The position numbers were made by a program, and so were the translations under genes. A stretch of DNA of 64,000 nucleotides from Octopus sinensis (Eukaryota). Every line of letters begins with the position of its first letter. The stretch's first letter is position 1. This document shows, in pieces, positions 23,821 through 37,055 of the stretch. The stretch lies in assembly GCF_006345805.1 (NCBI RefSeq), contig NC_043002.1, positions 92,504,001 through 92,568,000 of the forward strand, given 5' to 3'. The notes beneath the pieces were generated by a model. That model was given only the letters and a program-made list of their open reading frames with translations. It was not told the DNA's origin and ran no database searches.

Positions 23821-26800
23821 CTATCAAAAAAATCTCCATAAAAACACACCCTGGTAGTAGTACGGGTGTGTCCTTTTCCAAACAACTCGGGTACCAAGAA
23901 AGCACTTAGCGAGAACAAAAATAAAAACAAAATGAGCAGCCCCAGAAGAAATTTCTCCACCAACTCTGGAAACTGGAGGACATTCACGGAATCAAACAAC
24001 CGACGAATCTGTCAGTGTAACCAGAACTTCAGCCACCAAATTTTCCCTAACTTGGTATATTCTTCATTTTCATCGATGCGGAACCTTGCAAAAGAAATCC
24101 AAAAACGTATATGAGCCATCACAGAGCATCATCCCCTGTCACTATCTCAGTGCAGAAACTACTCTCCTCGGTACGAATACGCCAGAAGACTCTTTCGAGC
24201 ACTACTCCAGTCTCAGATTTTTTGCTGAATGCACAAGGTGTCGGTTCATCCTTCAATTGAAAACGATGATAGATTCAGTTATTTCATGCCTGGAGCTTCC
24301 GACCATTCTCATTACATTCCTTTCTTCATTCTAACTGAGACTCACCTTAACAACTCTCACTTGGAAGCTGATGTAAAGGTGAGGAATTATGCTACCATTC
24401 ACGCAGACCACACCGACAAAAGAAAAGGAGGAGTTGCTATTATCCTACACGACCCATTTGGCACAGATTAAAATGTCTCATTCTCCAGTGGCTACTGTGA
24501 ATCAGTGTCTGTATGTAACAAAACAAATAATTCAGCAATTAATGGGCTCTCTAGGCCACCCCAAGCGCCGCTGCTGTGTTTCAAACAATGCCTCATAATA
24601 TTAAGTCTTTCATTGAACAGTGCCAATCTGATGTTTTAATAATGGGTGACTTTAATCTCCACAGTGTTGTGAGGTCTACTCACCCAATGCAAACTGGAAC
24701 CCACTCGTTGATTGGTCTTTCACATTCTCACACTCACTCCAAGCAGCATCAATATATCCCGTCAGTTATTTGTGGACATTGTCACAGATATATGTTCACA
24801 CCACACTCCACTACGGTCTATGAGCATAAAATGACACATGCCCTCACGTAACAGAAGTGCACTTAAAAGGAAAATAAGAAGGGTTAATCGATAAATCAAC
24901 CGGCGAAAATATTGCCAGCTGCAATACCCTCACTAGACAGATATAGCTTTACTGGAATCAAAGAAACTTTATCTCCCAAATTGCATGCATGAAGCTTATT
25001 GTCGTTAGTCAAAGAAAAGTGGGCCATTGAGAAAATGAAAATCAATCTCAAAGAGTTATTTGCATTCGCCAAAAAGTACAAGGTCGCTGTACCATCGGCT
25101 GAAACTTTGATACATGATGATGGCACTCTGCATAGGGGTGCACAAGACATGGTTGGGATTTTACAGAAGCAATACTGCTCCACTTTTAGCAATCCTAACA
25201 GCATGGGTGAAACAAATCCACCAACACACCCTATCCGATATCATAGCAGCTATTGATATAATTACAAATAACTCAACAAGTTCCCTGCAAAGAGTCCTGA
25301 AGGAGTGCCGTTACTCTGAAGGAGTGCCGTTACTCTGAAGGAGTGCCGTTATCAACTGGCATTCCTTTTAGCTATTCTGTAGCTATTCAGGAATATGGAC
25401 GCTGGCCATATTCCTGAAAATTTTCTATCACAGTCGATTGTCCCAGTTATCAAAAAGGACAACAAATCCCTTGCAGTGGAATAACCGAAAGTTCTCACTT
25501 TCCTCTCATATCGTCAAATTATTTACGAGAGTGGTGAGATCCTGAGTAACTCACTTGATGGAAAATAGCCTAATTATTCTCAAACAGTATGGTTTCTGCA
25601 GTGGCAGAGACTGCCTAACACAACTTCTGCATCACTTTAATGACATCCTAAAGGCTCTGGGTGAGGGCCCCAATGTAGATGTCATCTACCGGGACTTTAT
25701 CAAGGCCTTCGACAAGGTTGACTATAACATCCTGTTACAGAAACTATCGAACATTGGAGTCCGAGGGAAACTATCAAAGTGGATTGAATGTTTCCTGGTG
25801 AACAGAACCCAGCATGTAGCGATAGATGGTCTTTGATCATGCTTGGCAAGGGTCACCAGTAGAGTCCCACAACGCATTGTTTTGGGGGTTACTCCTTTTC
25901 ATTATTTACATCAATGAATTCGTTGACGTCATCAAACACAGCAGCATTAGAATTTTCGCGGATGATTCTAAGCTTCTGAAGGTCATCGACATAGCAAGAG
26001 ATCGGATTAATCTCCAATCGAATCTGCTCACTATAATCGGCTGGACGGAAAACACAATATACAACTGAACGAGAATAAATTCGTAATAATTCACCTTGGT
26101 AAAGAGGCTGCGCTTAAGTTACCATACAATCTTCCTTCGGGCGAAAACCTTATCGCATCAAAACCCCGCTTCGGACCTTGGAGTAACAGTCAACAACAAC
26201 TTAAGCTAGAGTGCCTACATAAACAAAAAAAGCCAGCATGGTCTGCAGGGCGTGCTCTTGAATCCCAAGGACTTTTCGGTCTAGTGACGCTCCTGCTATT
26301 ATCCTTCTCTTCGCCCGCCCTCACCTTGACTACTGTTGACCGCTATGTTCTCCCTACCTGAAACAGAATATTATAAAAACTGACACCCCAGAGATCAATT
26401 ACAAAGAAGATAGACGACATGACAGGTCTTCAGTATTACTATTGTCTCTAAAAACTCTAACTTGTCATTCCCTCCAACGTCGCCGTGAGCGCTATATCGT
26501 TTGTACGATATGAAAAATAGTCCAACGGCACTGCCCAAATGACGTTGGCGTCAACTTTAATATTCACCTGAGACTTATTATCCGTCTTCTACAGAAGTCA
26601 CGTTCACGTCACATCACAACATTAAGTCACAACTAATTTCATCTCAACCGACCCTGCTCTCTTTAACATGATTCCAAGACACATGAGAAAAAAAAAAGAT
26701 CTCCTAACAGTCAAACAGGTCCTGGAAGGATATCTCCAACGAATTGCAGGTAGACTCCAACCCCGGATATATCTCTGCAAACAATAACTTTCTACTCGAA

Positions 26801-26915
26801 TGCGCTATGGTGGTCAAAGATTGACACATATGAAACAGCTTTCAATGTCTTTTCCAGGTGGTGCTATTAAGTTAAACATGGCCTGGATCAACGCTGGTTG
26901 AAACTTCTCTAAGTA
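23821..26915 (+). mobile_element. Degenerate CR1/L2-like LINE (APE endonuclease + RT, many frameshifts)
   Basis: APE motifs ILTETHL, KGGVAI and MGDFNL. RT motifs QYGFCSGRDCLTQLL, DVIYRDFIKAFDKVD, LLFIIYINE and IFADDSKL. 3' end is followed by (TATG)n. The 5' limit is uncertain. Confidence 0.9.
25297..25351. repeat. Tandem triplication of the 19-bp unit CTGAAGGAGTGCCGTTACT within the LINE
   Basis: Units at 25297, 25316 and 25335 (third partial). Confidence 0.95.
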
Positions 26916-27527
26916 TTTCTATGTGTATGTATGTATGTATGTATGTATGTATGTATGTATGGATGGATCGATCGATCGATCGATGGATCGATGGCTGTGT
27001 GTATGTATGTAATTATGTATGTATGTATGGATGGATGGATCGATGGATCGATGGATGGATCGGTGGATCGGTGGATCGATGGATCGATGGCTGTGTGTAT
27101 GTATTTAATTATGTATGTATGCATGCATGCGTGTATTTATTTAATTATGTATGTATATATCCGTATACATTATAGATGTATATATATACATATATATATA
27201 TGCTAGTATGTATATATGTATATATGCATGCATGTATATAAGTGTATGCATACGTGTATGTGCGTGTATTATTGTGGCTTAAGAGTGCTACCAATGGTTT
27301 CATGTGGAAAGAATTTCCCCAATTCTTCAAGCGTACCACTTTAAAATGTTGGTTGCCGCCCCTAATTTTGATGAGACTACCAACGATTTTAAGTTGAAAA
27401 TTTGAAGAAGAATTGCGGAAATCGGTGCTGTATGAAGCAATTGGTAGCACTGTTCATTCATAAATAAAACGTATTTATCCACTAGCTGCGGAGTTAGGCA
27501 CACATTCTCACTGTTCGGTACACACAT

Positions 27528-27570
<43 letters not shown>

Positions 27571-27873
27571 ATTATTATTATTATCATTATTATTATCATT
27601 ATTATTATTATTATATTATTATTATTTAAGGGAATATAAATCCAGACTTACAGGGAAAAAATTCAATTTAGAAATACTAAATCAAATTTCACACAATATA
27701 ATATATATATTAAAAAATTAGAAAAAAAAACACCTTTTATCAATTCGAAATGAACAATTAAATTATACCATCTCGAAAATTACATATAATAGAAATATTA
27801 AAATAAAATAACAATAAAATATCAAGTAAATTGCAAAAAAAAAAAAATGAAAACGTATATAATTGGTATATAC

Positions 27874-27935
<62 letters not shown>

Positions 27936-28387
27936 GTATATGTATGTGTATATAATTATGTGTATGCATGTATGCACGTTTTCAAGATTTGGAACAGTGG
28001 TTTTTCAAAACAAGAAATGTTTTATATTTGTTCGCATCTCTTTATGTACCCGTCACCCATCACCCCTGTAGCATTGAGGTCTTTGATATCATATCACCAC
28101 ATACACGTTACACTGTTGGCAATGCAACTAAGAATTCTTTAATATCATACGACTCACATACCATTCAACTAAATGACCGTACAACATAGAAAGATCTTGA
28201 ACGTATCGATTTCAAGGCGTGTATATATTATGTCTAGTTGAAAACTATTAATAAGATATCGGTTGAGTACATAAGTAGAAAGTGATTGAATCAACGGCAC
28301 CTACATAGTACACAGTAAATCTATTTATGTCTGTGACTTGTGTGCATAAATACGCGTATATGAATATGCATTGTGTTTATAGAACTA

Positions 28388-28452
<65 letters not shown>

Positions 28453-28458
28453 ACAAAA

Positions 28459-28846
28459 TCTTTATATATAAAAGTAAGGTTGTGTGGTGTCTGTCGCCTA
28501 CGATTTAGATTCCTAACTACTCCCACATTTTGCGGTGCAGTTTAACCAAAAGCGGGTATCTTATAGTCGTGATTCATATCGAGCCCTTCTGGGTATTAGC
28601 GCGCGTCTACGATGAGTCTACGACTTTAAAAATAATTTACCATCATTTTTTCCATTTTAATGCATTTTTTCGCTATTATATAAGGGAAGTAACTCTCTAA
28701 AAATGTCTACGATGAGTCAACGATTTAAAAAAAAATTTACCATCATTTTTGTCCCATTTTTTTGCTATTTTTTGGCTATAACTCTCTAAAAATGCTTTAT
28801 AGTTATTTCCCTTACAAACCCGAGCAACGCCGGGCGATACTGCTAG
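28459..28846 (+). mobile_element. Non-autonomous Helitron
   Basis: 5' A|TC start (TCTTTATATATAAAAG), subterminal hairpin CCCGAGCAACGCCGGG at 28819-28834, CTAG|T 3' end, no TSD; internal ~100-bp duplication. Confidence 0.88.
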
Positions 28847-28928
28847 TAATAAATAAAACATATGCATATATACATACATATATGTACATACCTACTTCTA
28901 TATGTATATATACATGCATATATGGGTA

Positions 28929-29260
28929 CAGGACACCAAAAGAACGTCGAACACAATGAGAAACGAGAACATAAAAAGAAAACCATGGAAACGGACATTT
29001 TTTTAAACATCGAAAAAACAGAGTACAAGACATACAACACAAGGAAAATTCCCCTTCTTCAGCCGCCTCTACTTCGTCTACTCCGTGTTTCGAATGTAAA
29101 GGCGAGACACGACTTCTTGAAATAGTCCTTCCCGCAAAGCAAATTAAATAAAATTTGAGATTTTTTGCGGAGGGGTAAAAGTGGTAACAGAAACAGGACA
29201 GTAAACACAATACAAATAAAAATAGTAAAAGACAGGACAAGGAGAATAACAGTAACACAA

Positions 29261-29262
<2 letters not shown>
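28929..29262 (-). repeat. Unclassified interspersed repeat (same family as 11093-11513)
   Basis: Reverse-complement similarity over ~250 bp. Confidence 0.8.
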
Positions 29263-29343
<81 letters not shown>

Positions 29344-29552
29344 TGTGTGTCTGCCCCTCCCTCCCAACATCGCTTGACAACCGATGCTGGTGAGTTTACG
29401 TTCCCGTAACCTAGCGGTTCGACAAAAGAGACCGACAGAATAAGTTATAGAATTACAAAGAATAAGTCCTGGGGTCGATTCGCTCAACAAAAAAGCGGTG
29501 CTCCAGCATGGCCGCAGTCAAATGACTGAAACAAGTAAAAGAGAGTAAAAGA

Positions 29553-29592
<40 letters not shown>

Positions 29593-29746
29593 TCTACTCT
29601 CTATATAAAAGAGTATATATATGTATATATATATACGCTACTCTCTTTTACTTGTTCCAGTCATTTGACTGCGGCCATGCTGGAGCACCGCCTTTAGTCG
29701 AGCGAACCGACTCCAGGACTTATTCTATACATACATACATATATAA

Positions 29747-29777
<31 letters not shown>

Positions 29778-30397
29778 ATACATGCTTGCATAAATTGACC
29801 GTCCGTCGGTTACGACGACGAGCGTTCCAGTTGATCCCATCATAGCCTGCTCGTGAAATTAACGTGCAAGTGGCTGAGCACTCCTCAGACACACGTACCT
29901 ATCATGTAATTTGCGTGTAGATTATTTAGCATGACGCAGAATGTTATAAAGCTACTACTCAATTTTGCCAGAAGACTGGGCTAGAGCAACGTGGCATGAA
30001 GTGTCTTGCTCAAGGACACAAAGCACCGCCAGGAATCGATCTCACGACCTTACAATTGTGAGGCGAATAGTTTAACCACTAAGCAACGAGCCTTCATTAT
30101 ACATTCATATATATGCATAGACACAGTTGTCAATTTCCTCTCCTTTCTCTCTCGCTCACACTTTCCCCACATGCACACACAGGCATCACACAGACTCTCA
30201 CACAAAAACATTCTTTTATATATATATATATATATAGGCGGATCGTGGTTACGTGGTAAGACGCTTCTTGCCAACCACATGGTTCCGTGTTGAGTCCCAC
30301 TACGTAGCACCTGGAGCGGCTATCTCCTAGTATAGCCTCAGGCCGACCAAAAGACCTTGTGAGTGGATATGGTAGATGGAATTTGAAAGAAACCTTG

Positions 30398-30441
<44 letters not shown>

Positions 30442-30581
30442 CACACACACACATATATACATATAAGTGTGTGTGTGTGCGTATGCGCACCTTTCTTTGT
30501 GTTCGTTTTTGTCCCACACCACCAGTTGACAACCTGTGTTGGTGTATTTATATACCCGTACATTAGATAGATAGATAGATC

Positions 30582-30704
<123 letters not shown>

Positions 30705-30849
30705 TATCAATCACATATACTTAACGCATGAAAATCGTGTAGTTGCCGGTAGGCAGTTACTGGTGTGGTGGAGATGTACATGAAGTACATACGTTATGTA
30801 TATGTGGTGGATAAAGTTCATTCCACTAGTGCTGCTTCTATTTCATATT

Positions 30850-30892
<43 letters not shown>

Positions 30893-30894
<2 letters not shown>

Positions 30895-31200
30895 CTTATA
30901 TATAAATGGCAATTTCTGTGTGTTTCCACCCTGCTGCCTAAACCAGCGAACCAATCTTCACGAATCTTTGCATACATGTTAAACTAACATCCAGTTCAAT
31001 TATAGGCTAATTGGATTTCAATAAAAATCTAAAATTTTCCCTCCTAATGAGGTTGGGCGAATTATATGAAAAATGAGAAGGGTCCAATGAATATGTGTGA
31101 GGGAAATGTAGCAGAGTTAGCGTGATTGATATCAGAGAATGGGAAAACAGCGTTGTGTTCGCGACAAATATGTAGTGGCAGTGGGATGATAACGGTAATA
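30893..31200 (+). mobile_element. Possible Helitron 5' portion
   Basis: ATCTTATATATAAATGGCAATTTCTGTGTG start is similar to Helitron 5' ends; no CTAG/hairpin 3' end found. Confidence 0.35.
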
Positions 31201-31751
31201 CAGCTGTCACATACACGTACTTTTGTAAATACACACACACTCACACACACACACACATACACACACACACACATACACACACACACACATGCACATAAAT
31301 AACTTTTAAAACGCCGATGAAGGGAAAGAAAGGTGGGTGTGAGAAATACGTAACTTTAAAGAGAGAAGAGGTAGGTGGCTTTTCTGCTGCCCAAAGAAAC
31401 ACTAACACACAGACACCCACACACATACATAATTATATATATACATACGTACATACACACATACATACATACATACATACATATATACATACATACATGC
31501 ATACTTATGACTACTATACACAATTTTAAACTCGTGATTACCAGTTTGTAAATGTGTGTATATGTGTGTATGTGTGTGTGTTTCTGTGTGTGTGCGTGTG
31601 TGTGTGTGCGTGTGTGTGTGTTTGTGTGTGTGTGTGAGTGTGTGTGTGTGTGTTTGTGTGTTGCGTGTGTCACATACTATAACTGTCTTCTCTCTCTCCT
31701 TTTGTAGGTTCTTCCCTGTTGCTATATGTATGTATGTATGTATGTATATCT

Positions 31752-31899
31752 ATGTGTGTGTGTACGTATGTATTTATATACACATGTATACATACGTGTA
31801 TGTCTATATATACCCAGAGTCATTACGACAGATTTATGCGAAGACATGTCTAAATATAACTATTCTTGGAATAATTCTTATTGTAGATGATCTATTACG
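31752..31899 (+). repeat. 148-bp direct repeat, copy 1 (copy 2 at 35983-36130)
   Basis: Only two substitutions between the copies by manual comparison. Confidence 0.92.
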
Positions 31900-32040
31900 T
31901 GATATTTTCGTTGTATAATAAACTGGCATGTGTATACTACTAATGATTCTTTACTCATATTGACTGATATATAAACAAAACCGACTAGGGCCTAATATGC
32001 AAAGGCGATTGCTGAATAAAAAATAATTAGTATATAATTA

Positions 32041-32459
32041 GGATCTTTATGGTTTGAACGGCAGTTTTTAACTTAATTTCTAGGTAACTAAAAAATTTTA
32101 AACTTCGTATACTGGTAGAATGTGTTTATAAAACATCTTTTTCTCTTGGCTTTATTGAGAAAATTCTAGGGTTTTTAAGATATTTGTTATTTTTTTTTCT
32201 TCAATTTCTGCAATTTCAACCAATCAACGACGTCTATTGAGGTAAAAACATTCTGTGCCGTATGAATATGTCTCTCGTTTAAGAAACAGATTGGGTTTAT
32301 TTACATTTGTGAAGAAAAAAGATACCCTTCCCCCACCCCTAACCCTAACCCTAACCCTAAAACATTGAAATGCAATAGATCGATACTAGGGTCATAATTA
32401 TGGGTGACAATTTCATATGGCACCGCTAGAAAAAACTGCCGTTCAAACCGAAAAGATCC
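32041..32459 (-). mobile_element. TTAGGG-bearing MITE copy
   Basis: Both TIRs present; (CCCTAA)3 at ~32338-32358; flanks TATAATTA / AATAATTA (7/8 match). Confidence 0.92.
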
Positions 32460-32515
32460 AATAATTAGTAAAGCAGGTAGTGACATTATGTAATAAGGAA
32501 ATATTAATCAATTAA

Positions 32516-32731
32516 CCCATTAGCATTTAGATTATTCTGCCAGATATAGTGTGTATATATCCATGTTTTGAATTAATCATACATTTTCTCTTAGTTTCAA
32601 TATTTCGAATATACGATTGTTTTTTTTAGAATGACTTTGTAGAGTAAGTTTAAAGAGGCTGGATTTAGTCAGTTTGAGTATTAAAAGAGAGAATATTTTT
32701 GGTCAGAAATAGCTGTTTAAATGCTAGAGGG
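32516..32731. mobile_element. piggyBac-type MITE
   Basis: TTAA|CCCATTAGCATTTA ... TAAATGCTAGAGGG|GTAA, i.e. CCC/GGG termini with a TTAA-like target site. Confidence 0.6.
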
Positions 32732-33170
32732 GTAAACTAACAACAGTTATGTAGAGAAGCGTTCATTACTTTCATGGCGAGGAATGGTCATGATAGATAG
32801 GGGAGATAACCGTAAAATTTAAATTCATCAAACTTATTAAGAATTCTTTTTTCGATTCGATTTATTATTATTACTAGTATTGTTGTTATACATACATACA
32901 TACATACAAGCATATGTAATGATAATAATAAGTGGATGTAAACACATGAACAAAATAAGAATAAACAAAAACAACAAAAACAAAATACAAATTACATGAA
33001 CATATATAAACAGAAGATACAAATATTACAGGCATCCCTCCACATACACACACTAAATAAACATAGACGCACATAGAGTTATAAGCATGCGCAAATGAAG
33101 ACATACAATAGAAATACAAAATGGCTGACGGTTAGTAAGGAGAGACACAAATAAGAAAGAAGAAAACAAA

Positions 33171-33215
33171 GGACCACTGATGCGGTCACAGGAGTGTGAC
33201 GAAAGAACTCTGGCC
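33171..33215 (+). ncRNA. Type I hammerhead-like motif, family D (A9 substituted)
   Basis: GGACCA-CTGATGC-G-GTCAC(AGGAGT)GTGAC-GAAAG-AA-CTC-TGGCC. Confidence 0.45.
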
Positions 33216-33998
33216 GAAATAAGATTAAGATTAATGTAAAAAATAAATAACACTGAAGCAAAATAACACCAAATATATAGTGCGTGTGTTTTTATTGGCT
33301 AAACTGGCAATATGACCATTCCGAAATATAACAATATATATATATATATATGTATATATCCTTTTGGGGGAAGGTTGCTATGTATCGCTGGTTTGGCTTT
33401 TTGTACCTATACATGGGTATTATATATAATATTGTATGTCCGCATGCATGTATATATGTATGTATGTATCCGACAATGGGGCCCTGGTACGGGACTTCCG
33501 GGTTTTGAGGAGTGTGCATACAATATGCTGGTAATCATATCAGCTGAATTGACCACGTTCAAGGACACAACGGACCGTCAGTTCACAGGTCACGTCAGCA
33601 TTATTGATCTTCCGTTATTGAGCGCAACACGTTAACCACGAAGTCACAAGGTGCCATCACACACGCGCGCACACACACACACATACACACACACATACAC
33701 ACACACACACACACTTGCACAAACACGTACATATAACGTTTTACAGTAAACGGATGACGGTGAAATCGTCGCTTCGGCTAGCTAGCCTTCAACAAACAGT
33801 CCAATCAAGACACGCAGATCGAAACATCGAAGTCACTATAAAAAATGCAACTTACTGAAGTCCCTTAAATAAGTTTTCAGTTTCATATTAAATTACTTTT
33901 AAGCAGAACACGACATGAAAAATAAAACAAATACTATATATATATATAGATATATATATATATATATATAAGAAAAAAGCAACAAGAATGGATCAATA

Positions 33999-34087
33999 TT
34001 TCGGTACAATTGTTTCGTACGAAGACAGCTTTATTAAGGCTACAAATATTGCAGTAAATATAAGTGACCCGCACTCATCAGCCGAAA
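33999..34087 (-). ncRNA. Type I hammerhead ribozyme, family B (extended loop II)
   Basis: Reverse complement TTTCGG-CTGATGA-GTGCG..48 nt..CGTAC-GAAAC-AATT-GTA-CCGAAA; all core nucleotides intact. Confidence 0.85.
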
Positions 34088-34223
34088 AAACATCTGAGTT
34101 CTCCAAACATCTAAGGGGGTGATGTTACACTCCTGATGTTACACTCTTATTTTTATAGAACTAGCCCTGATATTTCAGGAGTGTAACATCACCCCCTTAG
34201 ATGTTTGGAGAACTCAGATGTTT

Positions 34224-34312
34224 TTTCGGCTGATGAGTACGGGTCACTTATATTTACTGCAATATTTGTAGCCTTAATAAAGCTGTTTTCGTACGAAACA
34301 ATTGTACCGAAA
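34224..34312 (+). ncRNA. Type I hammerhead ribozyme, family B (extended loop II)
   Basis: TTTCGG(34224-29)-CTGATGA(34230-36)-GTACG..CGTAC(34290-94)-GAAAC-AATT-GTA(A17=34306)-CCGAAA; perfect core and stems I-III. Confidence 0.9.
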
Positions 34313-34459
34313 TATTGATCCATTCTTGTTGCTTTTTTCTTATTTATAATCACACCGCATTATCTTATGGTTAACACCATATAGATTTCTGGTGCATCTA
34401 AGTTAAGTACCGCATTCATGTGAATTCAACAGAACTCACTTGAATCTTAATTGCTTTTA

Positions 34460-34500
<41 letters not shown>

Positions 34501-34502
<2 letters not shown>

Positions 34503-34545
34503 CAAAATAAACAACAAGGATATCCAGAGGTAATGCAGTATGATT
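34501..34545 (-). mobile_element. Short 3' tail fragment of the hammerhead family C element (cf. 51541-51584)
   Basis: ATCAAAATAAACAACAAGGATATCCAGAGGTAATGCAGTA matches 51540-51579; embedded in (TA)n. Confidence 0.75.
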
Positions 34546-34589
34546 ATATATATATAAACATATATATATATTTATATATATATATATAA

Positions 34590-34680
<91 letters not shown>

Positions 34681-34682
34681 AT

Positions 34683-34809
34683 ATGGTTCTGGGTTCAGTG
34701 CCACTGCGTGGCATCTTGGGCAAGTGTCTTCTGCTATAGTCTCGGGCCGACCAATGCCTTGTGAGTGGATTTGGTAGACGGAAACTGAAAGAAGCCTGTC
34801 GTATATATG

Positions 34810-34840
<31 letters not shown>

Positions 34841-35070
34841 GTATGTTTGTGTATCTTTGTTTGTCCCCCCCCCTCACCATCGCTTGACAACCGATGCTGG
34901 TGTGTTTACGTCCCCGTCACTTAGCGGTTCGGCAAAAAGAGACCGACAGAATAAGTACTAGGCTTACAAAGAATAAGTCCCGGGGTCGATTTGCTCGACT
35001 AAAGGTGGTGCTCCAGCATGGCCGCAGTCAAATGATTGAAACAAGAAAAAGAGTAAAAGAGTAAAAGAGT
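34683..35070 (+). mobile_element. SINE S1 (head truncated)
   Basis: S1 body and tail. Confidence 0.88.
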
Positions 35071-35093
35071 ATATAAATTTATTTATGTATATG

Positions 35094-35156
<63 letters not shown>

Positions 35157-35576
35157 CGTATGTATGTATCCACAGACTCAGAAATACAGAAACAAAAATA
35201 CAATGAACAAGCATATATAAATACATATACGTACATACACACATACACAAAACATAGGTATTTGATCTACGCAATGTTACATACACCTACACATTTCTTC
35301 CCGCACCACGCACTCGCATAGACACACGTTCACATATATTTCACTCAGACATACGTACGTACATATATGTACATAAGCATAAATGACGTGACGAAATAGG
35401 ATGCCGCAGCCGCGCAGTCGGCTGTTGACAGTGCGATTCTGTACATAGGCAATAATTCTTGTTTGGTTTATGCATATGTCACTATGACAACCATGAAAGG
35501 GCTCTGGATTTTGTAGGCGTGTGTGTGTTTGTTTGCGCCTGAGCATGTTTGTGTGTGCTAAGATGTCTATATATTC

Positions 35577-35618
<42 letters not shown>

Positions 35619-35982
35619 AATGTGTCTGTCTTATGTGGGTATGTATACGTAGTAATTCTGTATTTTTATGTCTGTAATTGCATGACACACACACACACAC
35701 ATATATATATATATGTGTGTGTATATGTATATATGTAAATGTGATATATTTATGTGTGTGTGTGCGCGTGAATATATACTGTGTACAATATATAACATAC
35801 ATACGTGCTTATATAAGTATGTATATATAAGTGTGTGTATATATATATATATATGTGTGTGTGTATATAAGTATATATTTTCATATATATATGTATGTAT
35901 ATTAATACACACACACACACATACACATACACATATATATATATAAACATACATATGCACAAACATATATATACATACATAT

Positions 35983-36130
35983 GTGTGTGTGTGTACGTAT
36001 GTATCTATATACACATGTATACATACGTGTATGTCTATATATACCCAGAGTCATTACGACATATTTATGCGAAGACATGTCTAAATATAACTATTCTTGG
36101 AATAATTCTTATTGTAGATGATCTATTACG
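35983..36130 (+). repeat. 148-bp direct repeat, copy 2
   Basis: Matches 31752-31899. Confidence 0.92.
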
Positions 36131-36285
36131 AGTATAACCAGCCGAAATTGCAAAAATAATCTGGAACTCGACTGAGGAAAGAAAACTCTGAATGTCCTCG
36201 TTTTCTTTGTATCGTCTATCTGGATGTTTTGTTGTCCTTTTTTTGTATCACCTAACTGTCTGGATGTTTTGCGTTCTTATTATTT

Positions 36286-36363
<78 letters not shown>

Positions 36364-37055
36364 CGCGCGTGTGTGTGTGCGTGTGTGTGTGTGTGTGTCT
36401 TTGATCGATTTTCCTACTAGCAAAGATTTTTTTTAAACCTTAACCATACGAACCTTTATCATTCACACTCAATCTCCATCTAATATATCCTTTCTTCTTA
36501 AGGCGGCGAGCAGACAGAATTTTTAGCCACCCGAGTAACATGCCTAGCGACATTTCGTCCGTCGCTACGTTCTGAGTTCAAATTCCGCCGCGGTTCACTT
36601 TGTCTTTCATCCCTTTTAAGATCGATCAAATATAAAATAAGCACCACCTGAGTACTAGGGTCGATGTAATCGACTTACACTCTCCCCCGAAAATGCTCGC
36701 CTAGTTCCAAAATTTGAAATCAATATATCCTCTATTTCTTAAGACGAATGGGTATGATTAGAAAGAGGTTTGTTTACTATTTTTAGCAGATCGAATCGAA
36801 CAAGCACGTAGTGATCACATTGTTGACTTAGCGTGTAACACGGTGTTTTAACATGAGTAGAAACCACAACATAACTGTAATATGAATATGTTACAGTAGA
36901 TATGCCACATTGGTTATCTCACAGCGGACAGGTCACAATGATTGTGTCACAAATATTGTCACAATGCATGTGTAACAGTGCATGTCGTGGTGAATATAAA
37001 CATGATGTCACACATTGTGTCGTACTATGAATGTCACACTATATATTAGACTGTA

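Larger units (their letters stand above)
33968..34343. mobile_element. Inverted pair of 169-bp Penelope-like pLTR segments, each carrying a hammerhead
   Basis: Arms 33968-34136 and 34175-34343 differ at 2 positions; 38-bp spacer; left flank is (TA)n. Confidence 0.8.

Noticed and set aside
25297-25351. CRISPR-like regular repeats
   Set aside because: Contiguous tandem 19-mers with no spacers, inside a LINE in eukaryotic DNA.
34501-34545. Idea that this fragment begins exactly at the ribozyme cleavage site (evidence of in vivo cleavage)
   Set aside because: Similarity appears to extend ~7 nt past the site into stem III (TGATT vs CGATC, explicable by CpG decay), so it is not a clean cleavage end.
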